A stretch of DNA of 64,000 nucleotides. Origin: Patescibacteria group bacterium. GTDB taxonomy: Bacteria > Patescibacteriota > UBA1384 > 2-12-FULL-50-11. Shown here piece after piece: positions 26,186 to 36,093 of this stretch (the stretch's first letter is position 1; each line of letters starts with the position of its first letter). The DNA is taken from positions 94,157 through 158,156 of the forward strand of contig JBBUAP010000001.1 of NCBI GenBank assembly GCA_038058635.1, given 5' to 3'. The position numbers and the translations under genes were made by a program. A model generated the notes under the pieces. That model had not been told where the DNA came from, did no database searches, and saw only the letters and a program-made list of their open reading frames with translations.

Positions 26186-28873
26186 CTACGCTTCTTGCCC
26201 GAACATACTTAAAATCTGCTCGGGATTGGTGGTGATGAACTGATCTTCTGTGTACGAGGCGATGATTTGGATTGCCGCCCGATCTACTCCAGCAACAAGT
26301 AATCCCTGACCAACATCGGCTGTTTGCAAGAACTGCTTTTCGCCGTCGGTCAGTTTGAAAACCGAAGCCAATTTATCAACCGCGGTTGGCGATTGACCGA
26401 GCAACAACTGGGTGGCGGAGTTGGAAACAATCGCCTTGCCGTAGGCGTTGTCGATAAAGTCCTCAACATCTTGACTGATGACGGTGACACCCAGGAAGTA
26501 CTTGCGAGCTCGCTTGGTCATCGCGTTTAAGAATTTGGCGGTGTCTTCAAAACGCATCATCCACCAGGCCTCGTCGATAATTAGTAATCGTTTTTTCAAT
26601 TGACCCTTGACCCGAGCCCAGATGTAATTCAAAACCAAATACATCGCTAGCGGTCGCAACTCGTCTTCCATATTGCGAATCGAAAAAACAGTAAACTTGT
26701 TGGTTAGGTCAATGTTGGTCGGTGAATCGAACAAGTTAGAGAATGAACCCTCACTGAATTTGACGAGCCGGTTAACCAACTGTTCCGCCCCAGTCATATT
26801 CGATAAGACGCTGACTAAATCGGCCAACAGCGGTGGCGGATTATTTTGAGTGGCTGGATCGATCGAGATGTCCTTCATAGCGTAGGTTTCATAGAGGGCT
26901 TTGTCGAGCAAGGCGTCTTCCTCGGCGTTCAAACCTGCAGCCATCAAACTAATCAAACCATGTAAACCAGCAATGGTGGTGCGCAAAACATCTTCACCGG
27001 CTTCAGCCGAATCAGCTGAGACATATTTCGGTAGGTCGAACGGGTTAATCTTCTGGGCGGAGTTGAGCGAGATGTCGATGTAGGTGCCACCGATAGTTTG
27101 CGACAGAGTTTCGTACTCCCGTTCTGGGTCGACGACGATTACTTCAGCACCGAGCATCAGCGTTCGCAAGGCCTCAAGCTTAACGGCGTAAGATTTACCG
27201 GAGCCGGATTTAGCAAAGACAACCTGGTTGGCATTCTCCATTTGGAAGCGATCGAACAGCACCAGCGAGCTGTTGTGCAAATTGATGCCGTACAAAACGC
27301 CGTCGTGATGCGACAAATCCTGGCTGGAGAAGGGGAAGGTGGTCGAGAGCGAGTCGGTGTCAAGGTTGCGGACAATCTGGAGCTCGTCGTAGGCCAAAGG
27401 CATCGTCGTCGAGAAACCCTCCTCCATTTGCAACAAGGCCGGCTTGGAGTAAACCAGCATCCCGCCGAGCGTCGTCTCGATTTGTTTGGTGAGCGTTTGC
27501 AAATCTTCCGGAGTCTTAGCGTAGATAGTGAAGTAAAGCGAGTACTGAAAGAGACGAGTCTCACCTTTCTGGAGGGTGTCCCGCAGCTCTTCAACATCGC
27601 CGATGGCTGTTTCTAGCTCGGGGTTACGAACCAAGCCCTTCTCTTGCTCAATTTGCAAGCTTGATTGCAACTGGGTTGTCTTGCGGCGCAACTGGTTCAT
27701 CACCAACGCCGATTCGAGCGGGTAGATAAACATCGAAACATCGATGGTGGCGTCAAAGTTGTAAATTGGGCTCAACCAGCCGGAGTACAGATAGCGCGGA
27801 TAGGTAAAGACGAACATCGTCCGGGCGTAGAACGAGCCGATCTGTAGATAACTTGGGCTAATCGCCATACCGGCCGGCGCGATAATATCAAGGACATCGG
27901 CCAGGCCTTTTTTGAAGATATCCATCTCGGTGTCGGCCGCTGATTTAGCATCTTTGGGATTGATCGAAGCCATAATTTCACTCAAGGATTTTTTCTTGGT
28001 CGTCACCGGCGCGATATCAGCACTTAGTGGCGCGCCTGGAGGTGGGGTTTCCTTAGTCGGGGGTAAAACTGACGGCATCTCTTTGGTTGGCGCCAGCTCG
28101 CCAGCTTGAGCGGCTTTAATGACATCGGTGACGACATTAGTGACCTGGTCGTCGTTCGGGCCTTTTTTGATGACCGAGCCGGTCAGCTGTTCGATATCCT
28201 CGATGTGCTGGGTTGTCGATTCCTCGGGGTTGTAGGTGTTGTAATAGAGCTCGATCAGCTCGGCCGAGCCGAGTTTTTTGGCCTGAATGCCGAGCGATTC
28301 TAGCCGGCCGGTGACGATCTGGGTTTTTTCTTCCAGCTGAGCCCTCAGCGCTTCGAACTCTTGGACGGTGTAAACGGTCTCCTTGTTTTTCTTGCCGCCG
28401 AGCAATTTGTCCATCCAGGTTTGTTTAGTGGTCGAAACGCCGGGATTTTTGTTGTGGGGGACGATGACGAAGTACGACCGATCCATAATATTGACCTCGG
28501 CCGAGAGGCGTTGGATAAAGTCGATGTAATCGGAAATCTGAACCTTAATCAGTTCGTTGGTTTCGTCAACGCCGATGGCCTGGAGCTTGGCGATGTAGCG
28601 ACTCAAATCAACCCTGCGACCCTGAATAACAATCTGGAAAGGAAATTTGAGGGCGTTCAAGAAACTACGATACTGATAGATAACGGCGTCTTGCTCTTTT
28701 TGGCTTCGCAGCTCGATTGAAACCGGCTTAACTTTAACGACTTGTCTGATTGAGCCGTCGTTCAAGACGACAACATCGTCGCGTATCTCCGAAATCGCCA
28801 CATACTGTTGGGTCGACGAAGGATTCGATTTACTGCCACCAGGTTTTTTTCGCGCTACTTTTTTGTCAAACAT
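26186..28873 (-). CDS. virB4: VirB4/TraC-family ATPase with fused N-terminal accessory domain
   Basis: Walker A AKSGSGKS, VVDPEREY, INPFDL, Walker B LLIIDEAW, RARKY, SQDVEDF. Confidence 0.92.
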   Translation of the reverse strand: MFDKKVARKKPGGSKSNPSSTQQYVAISEIRDDVVVLNDGSIRQVVKVKPVSIELRSQKEQDAVIYQYRSFLNALKFPFQIVIQGRRVDLSRYIAKLQAIGVDETNELIKVQISDYIDFIQRLSAEVNIMDRSYFVIVPHNKNPGVSTTKQTWMDKLLGGKKNKETVYTVQEFEALRAQLEEKTQIVTGRLESLGIQAKKLGSAELIELYYNTYNPEESTTQHIEDIEQLTGSVIKKGPNDDQVTNVVTDVIKAAQAGELAPTKEMPSVLPPTKETPPPGAPLSADIAPVTTKKKSLSEIMASINPKDAKSAADTEMDIFKKGLADVLDIIAPAGMAISPSYLQIGSFYARTMFVFTYPRYLYSGWLSPIYNFDATIDVSMFIYPLESALVMNQLRRKTTQLQSSLQIEQEKGLVRNPELETAIGDVEELRDTLQKGETRLFQYSLYFTIYAKTPEDLQTLTKQIETTLGGMLVYSKPALLQMEEGFSTTMPLAYDELQIVRNLDTDSLSTTFPFSSQDLSHHDGVLYGINLHNSSLVLFDRFQMENANQVVFAKSGSGKSYAVKLEALRTLMLGAEVIVVDPEREYETLSQTIGGTYIDISLNSAQKINPFDLPKYVSADSAEAGEDVLRTTIAGLHGLISLMAAGLNAEEDALLDKALYETYAMKDISIDPATQNNPPPLLADLVSVLSNMTGAEQLVNRLVKFSEGSFSNLFDSPTNIDLTNKFTVFSIRNMEDELRPLAMYLVLNYIWARVKGQLKKRLLIIDEAWWMMRFEDTAKFLNAMTKRARKYFLGVTVISQDVEDFIDNAYGKAIVSNSATQLLLGQSPTAVDKLASVFKLTDGEKQFLQTADVGQGLLVAGVDRAAIQIIASYTEDQFITTNPEQILSMFGQEA

Positions 28874-29315
28874 CTTTATTCTTGAATCCTGAATCTTGAA
28901 GCTCTTCCCCCTGTTGATTATCTAATATCCCCACAATATCCCGTACCCGAGCTTTATCGAAATCTTTGTGCGGTGCCTCAACTTTTTCCTCCTCCTTGAC
29001 GACGATGTGGGTCGAGCGCTGGTAGCCGCCCTTCTGCCAGACACGGGTTCGGGGATGTTGTAGATAGCGCACCAAGGAACCGAGGAAATAAATAAACGGC
29101 CGATCTTGAACCTTAATAAAAGCCAAGGCAAACGAGAGTAAGCCGACGGGAATAGCGATCAGCCAATACAACGGCCGCAGAAAACTTCCAGCGGTCCAGT
29201 CATTAAGCAAATAGATAAACAGCCCACCAAAAAGTAGATAGAAAAACTGCACCAAGGTCAAAGGTCCAATGACCTTGTCTTGCATGTCGATGTTCTGTGG
29301 CACTTTAACTTCCAG
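28866..29315 (-). CDS. PrgI family membrane protein (likely CTG start)
   Basis: VPQNIDMQDKVIGPLTLVQF, 2 TM, DRPF...P..RVW.K; GGAGG 8 nt upstream of CTG at 29315. Confidence 0.85.
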   Translation of the reverse strand: MEVKVPQNIDMQDKVIGPLTLVQFFYLLFGGLFIYLLNDWTAGSFLRPLYWLIAIPVGLLSFALAFIKVQDRPFIYFLGSLVRYLQHPRTRVWQKGGYQRSTHIVVKEEEKVEAPHKDFDKARVRDIVGILDNQQGEELQDSGFKNKDV

Positions 29316-29432
29316 TCTTTCTCCCTCCCTAAAAACAGTTTAGCAAAGTAATCTTGCGGAATATACTCGTCGGGACGCCTCGTTAGCTCGTAGCTAAGTC
29401 AGCTACTTGCTATAGATTCATGATTCAAGAAT

Positions 29433-30374
29433 CTAGAACAGTCGGAAAATGCTCCAAAAATCGTATTTACCCGCTTCTTTGGCTGGTAGTTCTTGCTTAT
29501 TAACATCAGGGAGCGTCGTAGGTGCCGGCATTGTTTCCGCCAGAGACATTGATTCGAAGATTTCGTCGCCTTCAGAATCTTCATTACTGCTAAAGAGGTG
29601 ATCCATCAGTTCGTGGTTGTTCAACATTGATCTCAAATTCTGATAGATATGAAAATGATCAATCATTTCTGGGTGGTGATCGAAATAGGCTAATTGTTCA
29701 TCACCATCCCAATCGTCGAATTGCCCAGCTTCATTCATCGTGGCTGCCGACTCCTCGTTATCAAGCCAGTACTGACTCTTACCGTCGACATTGGTGGCCA
29801 GCTTGGTTTCTAAAAACCCTTTAAAGCTACCGTCGGAGTTGAAATACTGCGCCATTAGCTCAGCCATCGCTTCGCTTCGAATCATCTCATCGACACCAGT
29901 CTGGTCTGCTTTCTTGCCGAGTTCGATGGTGGTTCTGTAGACATGAAGAGATATCTGATCGGCTGGCATGCCAGTAATAAGTTCTTGGATTTCGCTGTAT
30001 TCTTCGGTGCCTAGCCTTTTAAGGAAGTCGTCTAGACGGTGTCCCAATTCGTGAGCGTAAGCATTTTGCTGCTTGACTTCGGTAAGCTTAAAAAACTCGT
30101 TTTGGTTGAAATTAACATTGCCAAGTTGATCGATATGGGCGAAGATTCTTTTCAGACCGCCGTACGCCCTTTTAAGCTTCTCGTTTTCTAAAAAGTCTTT
30201 GTCATCTAAGTCAGCTACTCCAACGCTCGGCAGTAGCATTCGCAGACGTTCTTGATTGATTGGCAGCCGCTTTTCGGCGCAACGCTTAAGTAAAGCCTCT
30301 TCAAGTAGACGGATTTTATGTTTCTGTTCGGCCCGTTCGCGATCGATCGCCAGAGCTTCGGCCTCGGTTTCCAT
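29433..30374 (-). CDS. HEXXH zinc-metallopeptidase-like protein
   Basis: AYAHELGH with downstream EAMAE; acidic; no signal peptide. Confidence 0.6.
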   Translation of the reverse strand: METEAEALAIDRERAEQKHKIRLLEEALLKRCAEKRLPINQERLRMLLPSVGVADLDDKDFLENEKLKRAYGGLKRIFAHIDQLGNVNFNQNEFFKLTEVKQQNAYAHELGHRLDDFLKRLGTEEYSEIQELITGMPADQISLHVYRTTIELGKKADQTGVDEMIRSEAMAELMAQYFNSDGSFKGFLETKLATNVDGKSQYWLDNEESAATMNEAGQFDDWDGDEQLAYFDHHPEMIDHFHIYQNLRSMLNNHELMDHLFSSNEDSEGDEIFESMSLAETMPAPTTLPDVNKQELPAKEAGKYDFWSIFRLF

Positions 30375-30379
30375 AGTTA

Positions 30380-33300
30380 TTACTTACCGGGTTCTTCGGG
30401 AGTTTGGTGAGGGGGCTCTACCGGAGAGTCCGCGGATTGAGCGGCAGCATCAGTCGAAGAATTTTGTTCCACTTTAATATTGATTTCGCGCGATGGAATG
30501 GTGGTGCTTGAAGGCGTTGGGGTAGCTGTCGGAACGCTTGCCCTTGCTTGACTCATCGCCGCCGCGATTGAGCCGGTGCTAATCTGATGCATTCCCAATT
30601 CCTTAGAAATGGTATTTCCTAGGCTAGAGACTTCTCTTTGCAGCACCGATTTCACCGAGTTTTTACCGCGTCCAGCGACAGCTTGAGCTAAAGTATCTGT
30701 TATAGATCTAGTCAGTGCTTGCATGGCGGCGGGATCTGTCTTGCCGGAAAGTGTGGAGAGCTTTGATACAATCGGCCCAACTAAGTTGTCAGAAAGGTGA
30801 TTGACTAGTTCGGCTTGACTTTTACCCAGTCTGTCCCAATCCCCATCGCTCATACCTGCGACGGATTGAGTTGCTTCGTGGCTAACTCCTTGCGCGCCGA
30901 CAGAATAGTTGTGAGCGGACTCGAGAGTTGAATGGAGCTGTTGTTGCTTAGTTCCGTCTCCGATGTTTCCAGAATGAATATTTAAATCGTGTGCCGCCGA
31001 AACATTCTCAACTGCTTGGCGAACAACTTCGTTACTAAGCTGATCGCCCTGTTTTTTCATATTATCTACTAGTCTCTGACCATCTCGATCTAACGATCTA
31101 CCAAGCATTTCAAATGACTGATTACGCAATTCGCCAAGCTGGCCCTGAACCCTTTGAGCTTCTGGTGAACCGGCAGTAGTACTGATTGATTGAGCCATCA
31201 GATCTCGCCACTGATCAGTCAGCTGGCGCATGGAATCTTTTACCTCCCCAGCAACACCTGGAACAATATTTCTGGCTTGGTCAATAGCATGCTGACTTCG
31301 AATTGGGTCGTAATGGATCATCGGATCACCAGACGGTGGATTGTCAGTGGAGTCTCCGCTTGAGTAGTATGATCCAAGTGGCTTGATCCACTTCTGTATT
31401 GTTTCATCAGGATACTTATCGTCGGTTGAAACGTTTTTTCGTCTTGATTCTCTAACAATATATTCATAAAATGCTGACAGTTGTCCCTCGGCAAATAATC
31501 CTTTACCCAAAAGGTCTCTTGGATTTACACCAGCATCAATTAATTGTTGTTGAACCTTTCTCATATCTTCTTCTTTTTTTGAACTGGCTAGGGCTCGACG
31601 AAGCTTCATCGCTTCTCCATGAGACAAAGTATGGAGAACTCTTTCAACTGCCTTGATAGTATCCTTTGATGCCGCCGCTGCTTCGAGCGCCTCTTCCGGA
31701 GAAGATACTTCTTCCATAAATATCTTTCTTGCGATATCTCGTTTTGAAGAATATCCACCGACTCGCCCAGATACGATATCTGAAATATTGCCCTTGACTG
31801 GCCCCGCTCCAATGTTTATTTTACTAGCCTCAAGACTACTAGCTTTTTCTGCGCCGGCCGTTCTCGCTTCCCACCACTTACTGACCGTTTTCTCGGGATT
31901 AGCCATCGTGTATGCCCTACCTCTCATGGCTCCAGATAAGTTTTGAACGTTTTTATATCTTTTTTCCGATTTCTCGACCCGTTCCCTAGCTGCCTTCAGT
32001 CTGTCGGCGCGAGCTATGTCGAAAGGGGTTCCTTTAGCACGAGCTCTATCCTCTAACTTTTTGATTCTTTCTTGTTTCTGCTTTAACCCTAATACTTTAT
32101 TTGCAGCTAAACCTTGTCCGACACCCCAGGCACTAGATGGAGCATTTTTCGCCGTCCCAAATGCCTTCTTAGACATCGCCTCCATGTCGTACATCCCCTT
32201 GCTGATTGCACCCGGAACTTTAAGGATTGCAGTTGCCGCTGCAAAAGTAAGTAACACCTTTATTAGGTCTTGTTCGTTACCCCCAGTAGCAATTGAGCCG
32301 AAATCCACCGGTAAACCGAGCAATTTATTACCGTATGTAATAAAGAAGGCAATAGCTAGGAATAGGATTGGCAAGACAAAAGCTTGACGCAAGAATTGAT
32401 CCCACCATTTACCGAACCACTGTGACATACTCGGAATGCCGTAACTAGCAAATGCCAGAGGAGCAACTACTATTAAAGCGTAAAGCCAGACGATTCTTTT
32501 AATTAAGGCATAGGCAAGCATACCAGACAAGAGGATGAAGTATAACACCGCAATTATGACGATGAATAAAATAAATGGTGTCGTGACTAGGGATACATAG
32601 TTAATGGAAGTTGCACCTCCCCCTATGACATCAATGAATGCTTTAATTAAATCTCCCTGTGTATCTACCCTTGTATCTACGCTTGCGCTTGTTACTTGGA
32701 GCGATAGATTGGTTAACGCCTGAACCACATCAAGAATGAATCTAATAATAAGCATACTGGCATTAGCGCCAATGACACCAATGACTATTCCCGGTAGCGC
32801 CTTTTTGGCGGCGTAAACATTAAGATTTAGATGGAGTACGTTCGCAAAGGCAATCGCCAGTAGCGCCAAGATTACTAAAATATTCAACAGAGAAAGACTA
32901 TACTTCCAAGCTATTACCAAACCATCACCCGGGTCTTTGATCCGTTCTTCAATTGGTTTTTTGGTCCCAGTTAGTTTTTGAGCTTGATTTCTAAAGGGTC
33001 CAATAACACTATTTATTAACCCCCCCACCGCACAGGCAACAACCGAGGTAAGTATATTGTCTAAACCATTTTTAGCGATCTGAACAAGACTACAGTCACC
33101 GCCGCCATCTTCTGAACGCGCAAAGTTAATTTTTACACCCCAATAGTCTAGCCAGCCACCCTCGCCAACCTTTGTTCCACAGTTGGAATGAAGATTAGAA
33201 GCGGTCTTGTTAGCATTGGTAGTGACAGTATCGGGATGTTTGTCATATATCTCTTTGGTAGTCGCCCCCTCTATACCCGTTCCTGGGCGGCCTGTTTTGT

Positions 33301-34576
33301 AGACTCCTCCAGGGTCATCGCAGTTATCAGAGCGGCTCGCTTTAGGAACATTCATAATGTACCCAAACACTTTATTGATATCGTCATCGGGAATTGATAA
33401 ACCACCACTACCCTGTATCAACGCGCCACCATTCTCAATGCTTTGATTGCTAAATATGCCTATAAAGACATTGGCTTGATCGGTATCGTAGATGATGTTT
33501 AGACAATGCCCCGAAGATTGTATACCAGTTATCTGGTCGCAGCTTTCGACGAGATAGTAGAAGTTATCGATTTTCTCGAAAGGACCGCTTGTGCCCGTGC
33601 GACCGTAGGCCTGGAAGATCAACCATTTTTGATCAAGAGTACCTCTAGCACCGTTGAATGAAACGCCTACTAGTCTAAATTGAAGCTGGGGGCGACCCAC
33701 AGAAGGATCGGCCGGAATGAAGTTTCCCCCTCCATTAGCATCAGGTGTAGGTGCAATGTACGGTGGGTTGGGTGTGTTCTGATCTGCAGGCACAAGAATT
33801 CTCAACGCCCCTTTGCCATCTGCCATTAAAGCTCTGATCCAACTCTGAATTTTCGAAACGCTTGCATCTTCGCTGGCACCAGGAACAAGCTGATAATTAT
33901 CGACTAGAGCGTCAGTAGGATCCGCAGTGTAACTGGCTACGGCAGTGATTGGGGTGCGAGAATCCCCGGACACTCCTGTTCCGTTACACTCACCATTATC
34001 TCTCGCTGAAGTGACGCGGTGAGTACCAGTTGCACCAATAAGGAAGCAGGGGGACTTCTCTGAAGTAATAGCGTCCGTTGGTAGCCTGCTGTAATCAAGA
34101 CGCGCAACGAGCTCGTTGGAGCGGTTGTAAAATTCAACCAATGTTGGAGAAATAATCTTTGAGTTTGTCTGGCCGTAGCTTGCTTCAATATTCAAGCTAC
34201 TCATTGATACCGAGCTAATTCTCCAAGTGTCAAAAATCTTATTGCCGAAACCCGTGACCGATCCAATTTTAGAATAGGTTTGACCGACAGTAATGTAAGC
34301 AAAGGTTTCATTCGAAGCAGCAGTTGATCCTGCCTCGGAAACTTTAATTCTCGCGGTGACAGCTAGTTCAGTTTCTGATTTACGAAAAAAAGTGGGTTTA
34401 GTACTATTTTTGATTTCAAAGATAGCTTTTCCGGCAGCCTGGGCGATGGGAGGCTTGAATGGAGAGAGGGAGCTTGTGAGCCATCCAGAAAAAAGGCTGC
34501 TGGCCAATACGGCAACCAGGGCTGTTGTAACTAACACCCTCCCGAATCTCATACATTTATAGTAGAGATTCCCCAC
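30380..34576 (-). CDS. large VirB6/TrbL-like polytopic membrane protein
   Basis: Signal peptide, long exported region, multi-TM block (WKYSLSLLNI...KRIVWLYALIVVAPLAF...WWDQF), long charged tail; start may be 34552. Confidence 0.75.
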   Translation of the reverse strand: MGNLYYKCMRFGRVLVTTALVAVLASSLFSGWLTSSLSPFKPPIAQAAGKAIFEIKNSTKPTFFRKSETELAVTARIKVSEAGSTAASNETFAYITVGQTYSKIGSVTGFGNKIFDTWRISSVSMSSLNIEASYGQTNSKIISPTLVEFYNRSNELVARLDYSRLPTDAITSEKSPCFLIGATGTHRVTSARDNGECNGTGVSGDSRTPITAVASYTADPTDALVDNYQLVPGASEDASVSKIQSWIRALMADGKGALRILVPADQNTPNPPYIAPTPDANGGGNFIPADPSVGRPQLQFRLVGVSFNGARGTLDQKWLIFQAYGRTGTSGPFEKIDNFYYLVESCDQITGIQSSGHCLNIIYDTDQANVFIGIFSNQSIENGGALIQGSGGLSIPDDDINKVFGYIMNVPKASRSDNCDDPGGVYKTGRPGTGIEGATTKEIYDKHPDTVTTNANKTASNLHSNCGTKVGEGGWLDYWGVKINFARSEDGGGDCSLVQIAKNGLDNILTSVVACAVGGLINSVIGPFRNQAQKLTGTKKPIEERIKDPGDGLVIAWKYSLSLLNILVILALLAIAFANVLHLNLNVYAAKKALPGIVIGVIGANASMLIIRFILDVVQALTNLSLQVTSASVDTRVDTQGDLIKAFIDVIGGGATSINYVSLVTTPFILFIVIIAVLYFILLSGMLAYALIKRIVWLYALIVVAPLAFASYGIPSMSQWFGKWWDQFLRQAFVLPILFLAIAFFITYGNKLLGLPVDFGSIATGGNEQDLIKVLLTFAAATAILKVPGAISKGMYDMEAMSKKAFGTAKNAPSSAWGVGQGLAANKVLGLKQKQERIKKLEDRARAKGTPFDIARADRLKAARERVEKSEKRYKNVQNLSGAMRGRAYTMANPEKTVSKWWEARTAGAEKASSLEASKINIGAGPVKGNISDIVSGRVGGYSSKRDIARKIFMEEVSSPEEALEAAAASKDTIKAVERVLHTLSHGEAMKLRRALASSKKEEDMRKVQQQLIDAGVNPRDLLGKGLFAEGQLSAFYEYIVRESRRKNVSTDDKYPDETIQKWIKPLGSYYSSGDSTDNPPSGDPMIHYDPIRSQHAIDQARNIVPGVAGEVKDSMRQLTDQWRDLMAQSISTTAGSPEAQRVQGQLGELRNQSFEMLGRSLDRDGQRLVDNMKKQGDQLSNEVVRQAVENVSAAHDLNIHSGNIGDGTKQQQLHSTLESAHNYSVGAQGVSHEATQSVAGMSDGDWDRLGKSQAELVNHLSDNLVGPIVSKLSTLSGKTDPAAMQALTRSITDTLAQAVAGRGKNSVKSVLQREVSSLGNTISKELGMHQISTGSIAAAMSQARASVPTATPTPSSTTIPSREINIKVEQNSSTDAAAQSADSPVEPPHQTPEEPGK

Positions 34577-34630
34577 CTACGGCGCAACAAACCCAACACA
34601 TATTAAGAAAAAATCATCTAAGGCTTCTAG

Positions 34631-34714
34631 GCGACTGATGACAACATTGTCATCAGTCGCAAACCCAACCCAAGTGAATATTATGGACAGATTATGGGTT
34701 TAAACCCATAATCT
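34631..34714. promoter_or_regulatory. hairpin and perfect 26-bp palindrome upstream of secretion cluster
   Basis: GCGACTGATGACAA-CA-TTGTCATCAGTCGC (34631-34660); AGATTATGGGTTTAAACCCATAATCT (34689-34714). Confidence 0.55.
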
Positions 34715-34831
34715 ACCTGCGTCGATAGGCTGCTAAAGCGTGGCGAAGAAAGGGTTTCTAGCCATATTTCCATCGACAGAGAGAGCGATTTTCGGTAAAA
34801 TTGGGACAATCTGTTTCGAGGAGATTCGGAC

Positions 34832-35674
34832 ATGAACAATCGGAAGTTATTAGTAATTGCGCTAGGCGCCGCTGCCCTCGTCCTGACGCTCTGCGGGTGT
34901 ACCGCGGAGCAACTACCGCCAGCTGTCAGCGCGAGCGGCGCGACACCTGAAGCAACAACCGTCGCTGCGCCGGTTTCGGTCAACAGTAAGTCAACAACTG
35001 TGGTTGCAAGCGAGTCTTCTTTCGCAGAAGAACCCCACGAACGGTCAATAGCGTCAACGCAAATTCAAGCTACTGACCAAAAGCCTAAACTGGGACCAAA
35101 TGGCCTGACTCCGGCCATCGTCGGCGAGCTTATCAAGTCGGTAGGCAAGAATCGAGCCGGTGTGGTCGAATTGATGGGAATACCTACCAGGACTGTTGCA
35201 CTGGGCCAACACGATCAGTTGAAGTGCTGGACGTGGGATGTCAAAAATAACAATCGGCCTGACGCAGAGGTGACTGTCGAGAGTCGAGACGAAGATAAGG
35301 AAGTCTACAATGTCACCATCATAACTATCACAACTAACCTGACTTGCTCACAGATCTCAGGCTACCTGGGTGATGACGAACCCACACTCTATTGGATGAA
35401 GTATTTTGGAACTGAAGCAACAGAGTTCGGCGTCGTCGCAAAGAGTAGGGGTGGAGCGGAAGTACGGTTGGTTGCTCGAGCAAGTAGCCCTATTGTCGAC
35501 GAACATCGATCACTCGACGAAGAGGGGAACTTGGTGAAGCTGTACTCTCGTAGCAGCAGTTTCGACTGGAAGATGGGACTGATCAAACGTCTAAGCGCGG
35601 GTGAGGAGTATTTGCTGCCTCATTACACCACTTGGCCAAAGCTAACGGACGAATGGACCGAACTTCCCAAGTAA
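34832..35674 (+). CDS. putative lipoprotein, hypothetical
   Basis: GAGGAG SD; signal with LCGC lipobox; Ser/Thr/Ala linker. Confidence 0.7.
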   Translation: MNNRKLLVIALGAAALVLTLCGCTAEQLPPAVSASGATPEATTVAAPVSVNSKSTTVVASESSFAEEPHERSIASTQIQATDQKPKLGPNGLTPAIVGELIKSVGKNRAGVVELMGIPTRTVALGQHDQLKCWTWDVKNNNRPDAEVTVESRDEDKEVYNVTIITITTNLTCSQISGYLGDDEPTLYWMKYFGTEATEFGVVAKSRGGAEVRLVARASSPIVDEHRSLDEEGNLVKLYSRSSSFDWKMGLIKRLSAGEEYLLPHYTTWPKLTDEWTELPK

Positions 35675-35689
35675 GTGGGAGAACGAACC

Positions 35690-35711
35690 TGGGTCGGCGA
35701 AAGCCGACCCA
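35690..35711. terminator. hairpin between convergent genes
   Basis: TGGGTCGGC-GAAA-GCCGACCCA. Confidence 0.65.
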
Positions 35712-35736
35712 TTCTATAATGGTAGATTTTGCGAGG

Positions 35737-36093
35737 CTAATTTCCTTCGTATAACGGGTCGAGTTCGAGGACGCGTGTCTTGAGTTCGGGGTGAAATTCG
35801 CTGGCGAGCAAGGTGATATCGCGCGAACCGGGGTTGAGCTCGTAAGCCCGATCGATGATAATCCGCAGGGTTTCTTGGTCGCTGTTTTTCAATTGCTTGG
35901 CCAAGCTGACCAATTTTCGTTCGTCGGTTTGGGTGGCGACATAGCGAGTGATATTTTCAACCCGTTCCTGCTGGCTAGCTTGCTCGATCCGGCCAACCTC
36001 GTTATTAATTGAGTTCACGGTCGCGGTCCGCCAAGAATACAGTCCGGCGACAATTACCAGCGACCCCAAGTAAAACCAAAATCTTCCGGTCAT
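35737..36093 (-). CDS. membrane-anchored hypothetical protein with TPR-like helices
   Basis: N-terminal TM; RAYELNP and RVLELDP TPR-like motifs; coupled to valS. Confidence 0.6.
   Translation of the reverse strand: MTGRFWFYLGSLVIVAGLYSWRTATVNSINNEVGRIEQASQQERVENITRYVATQTDERKLVSLAKQLKNSDQETLRIIIDRAYELNPGSRDITLLASEFHPELKTRVLELDPLYEGN

Noticed and set aside
18926-34576. Integrative conjugative element or prophage
   Set aside because: No integrase, relaxase, coupling protein, phage structural genes or flanking att repeats in the window
34631-34660. Hammerhead ribozyme (contains CTGATGA)
   Set aside because: CTGATGA is locked in a perfect hairpin and the other core elements are missing
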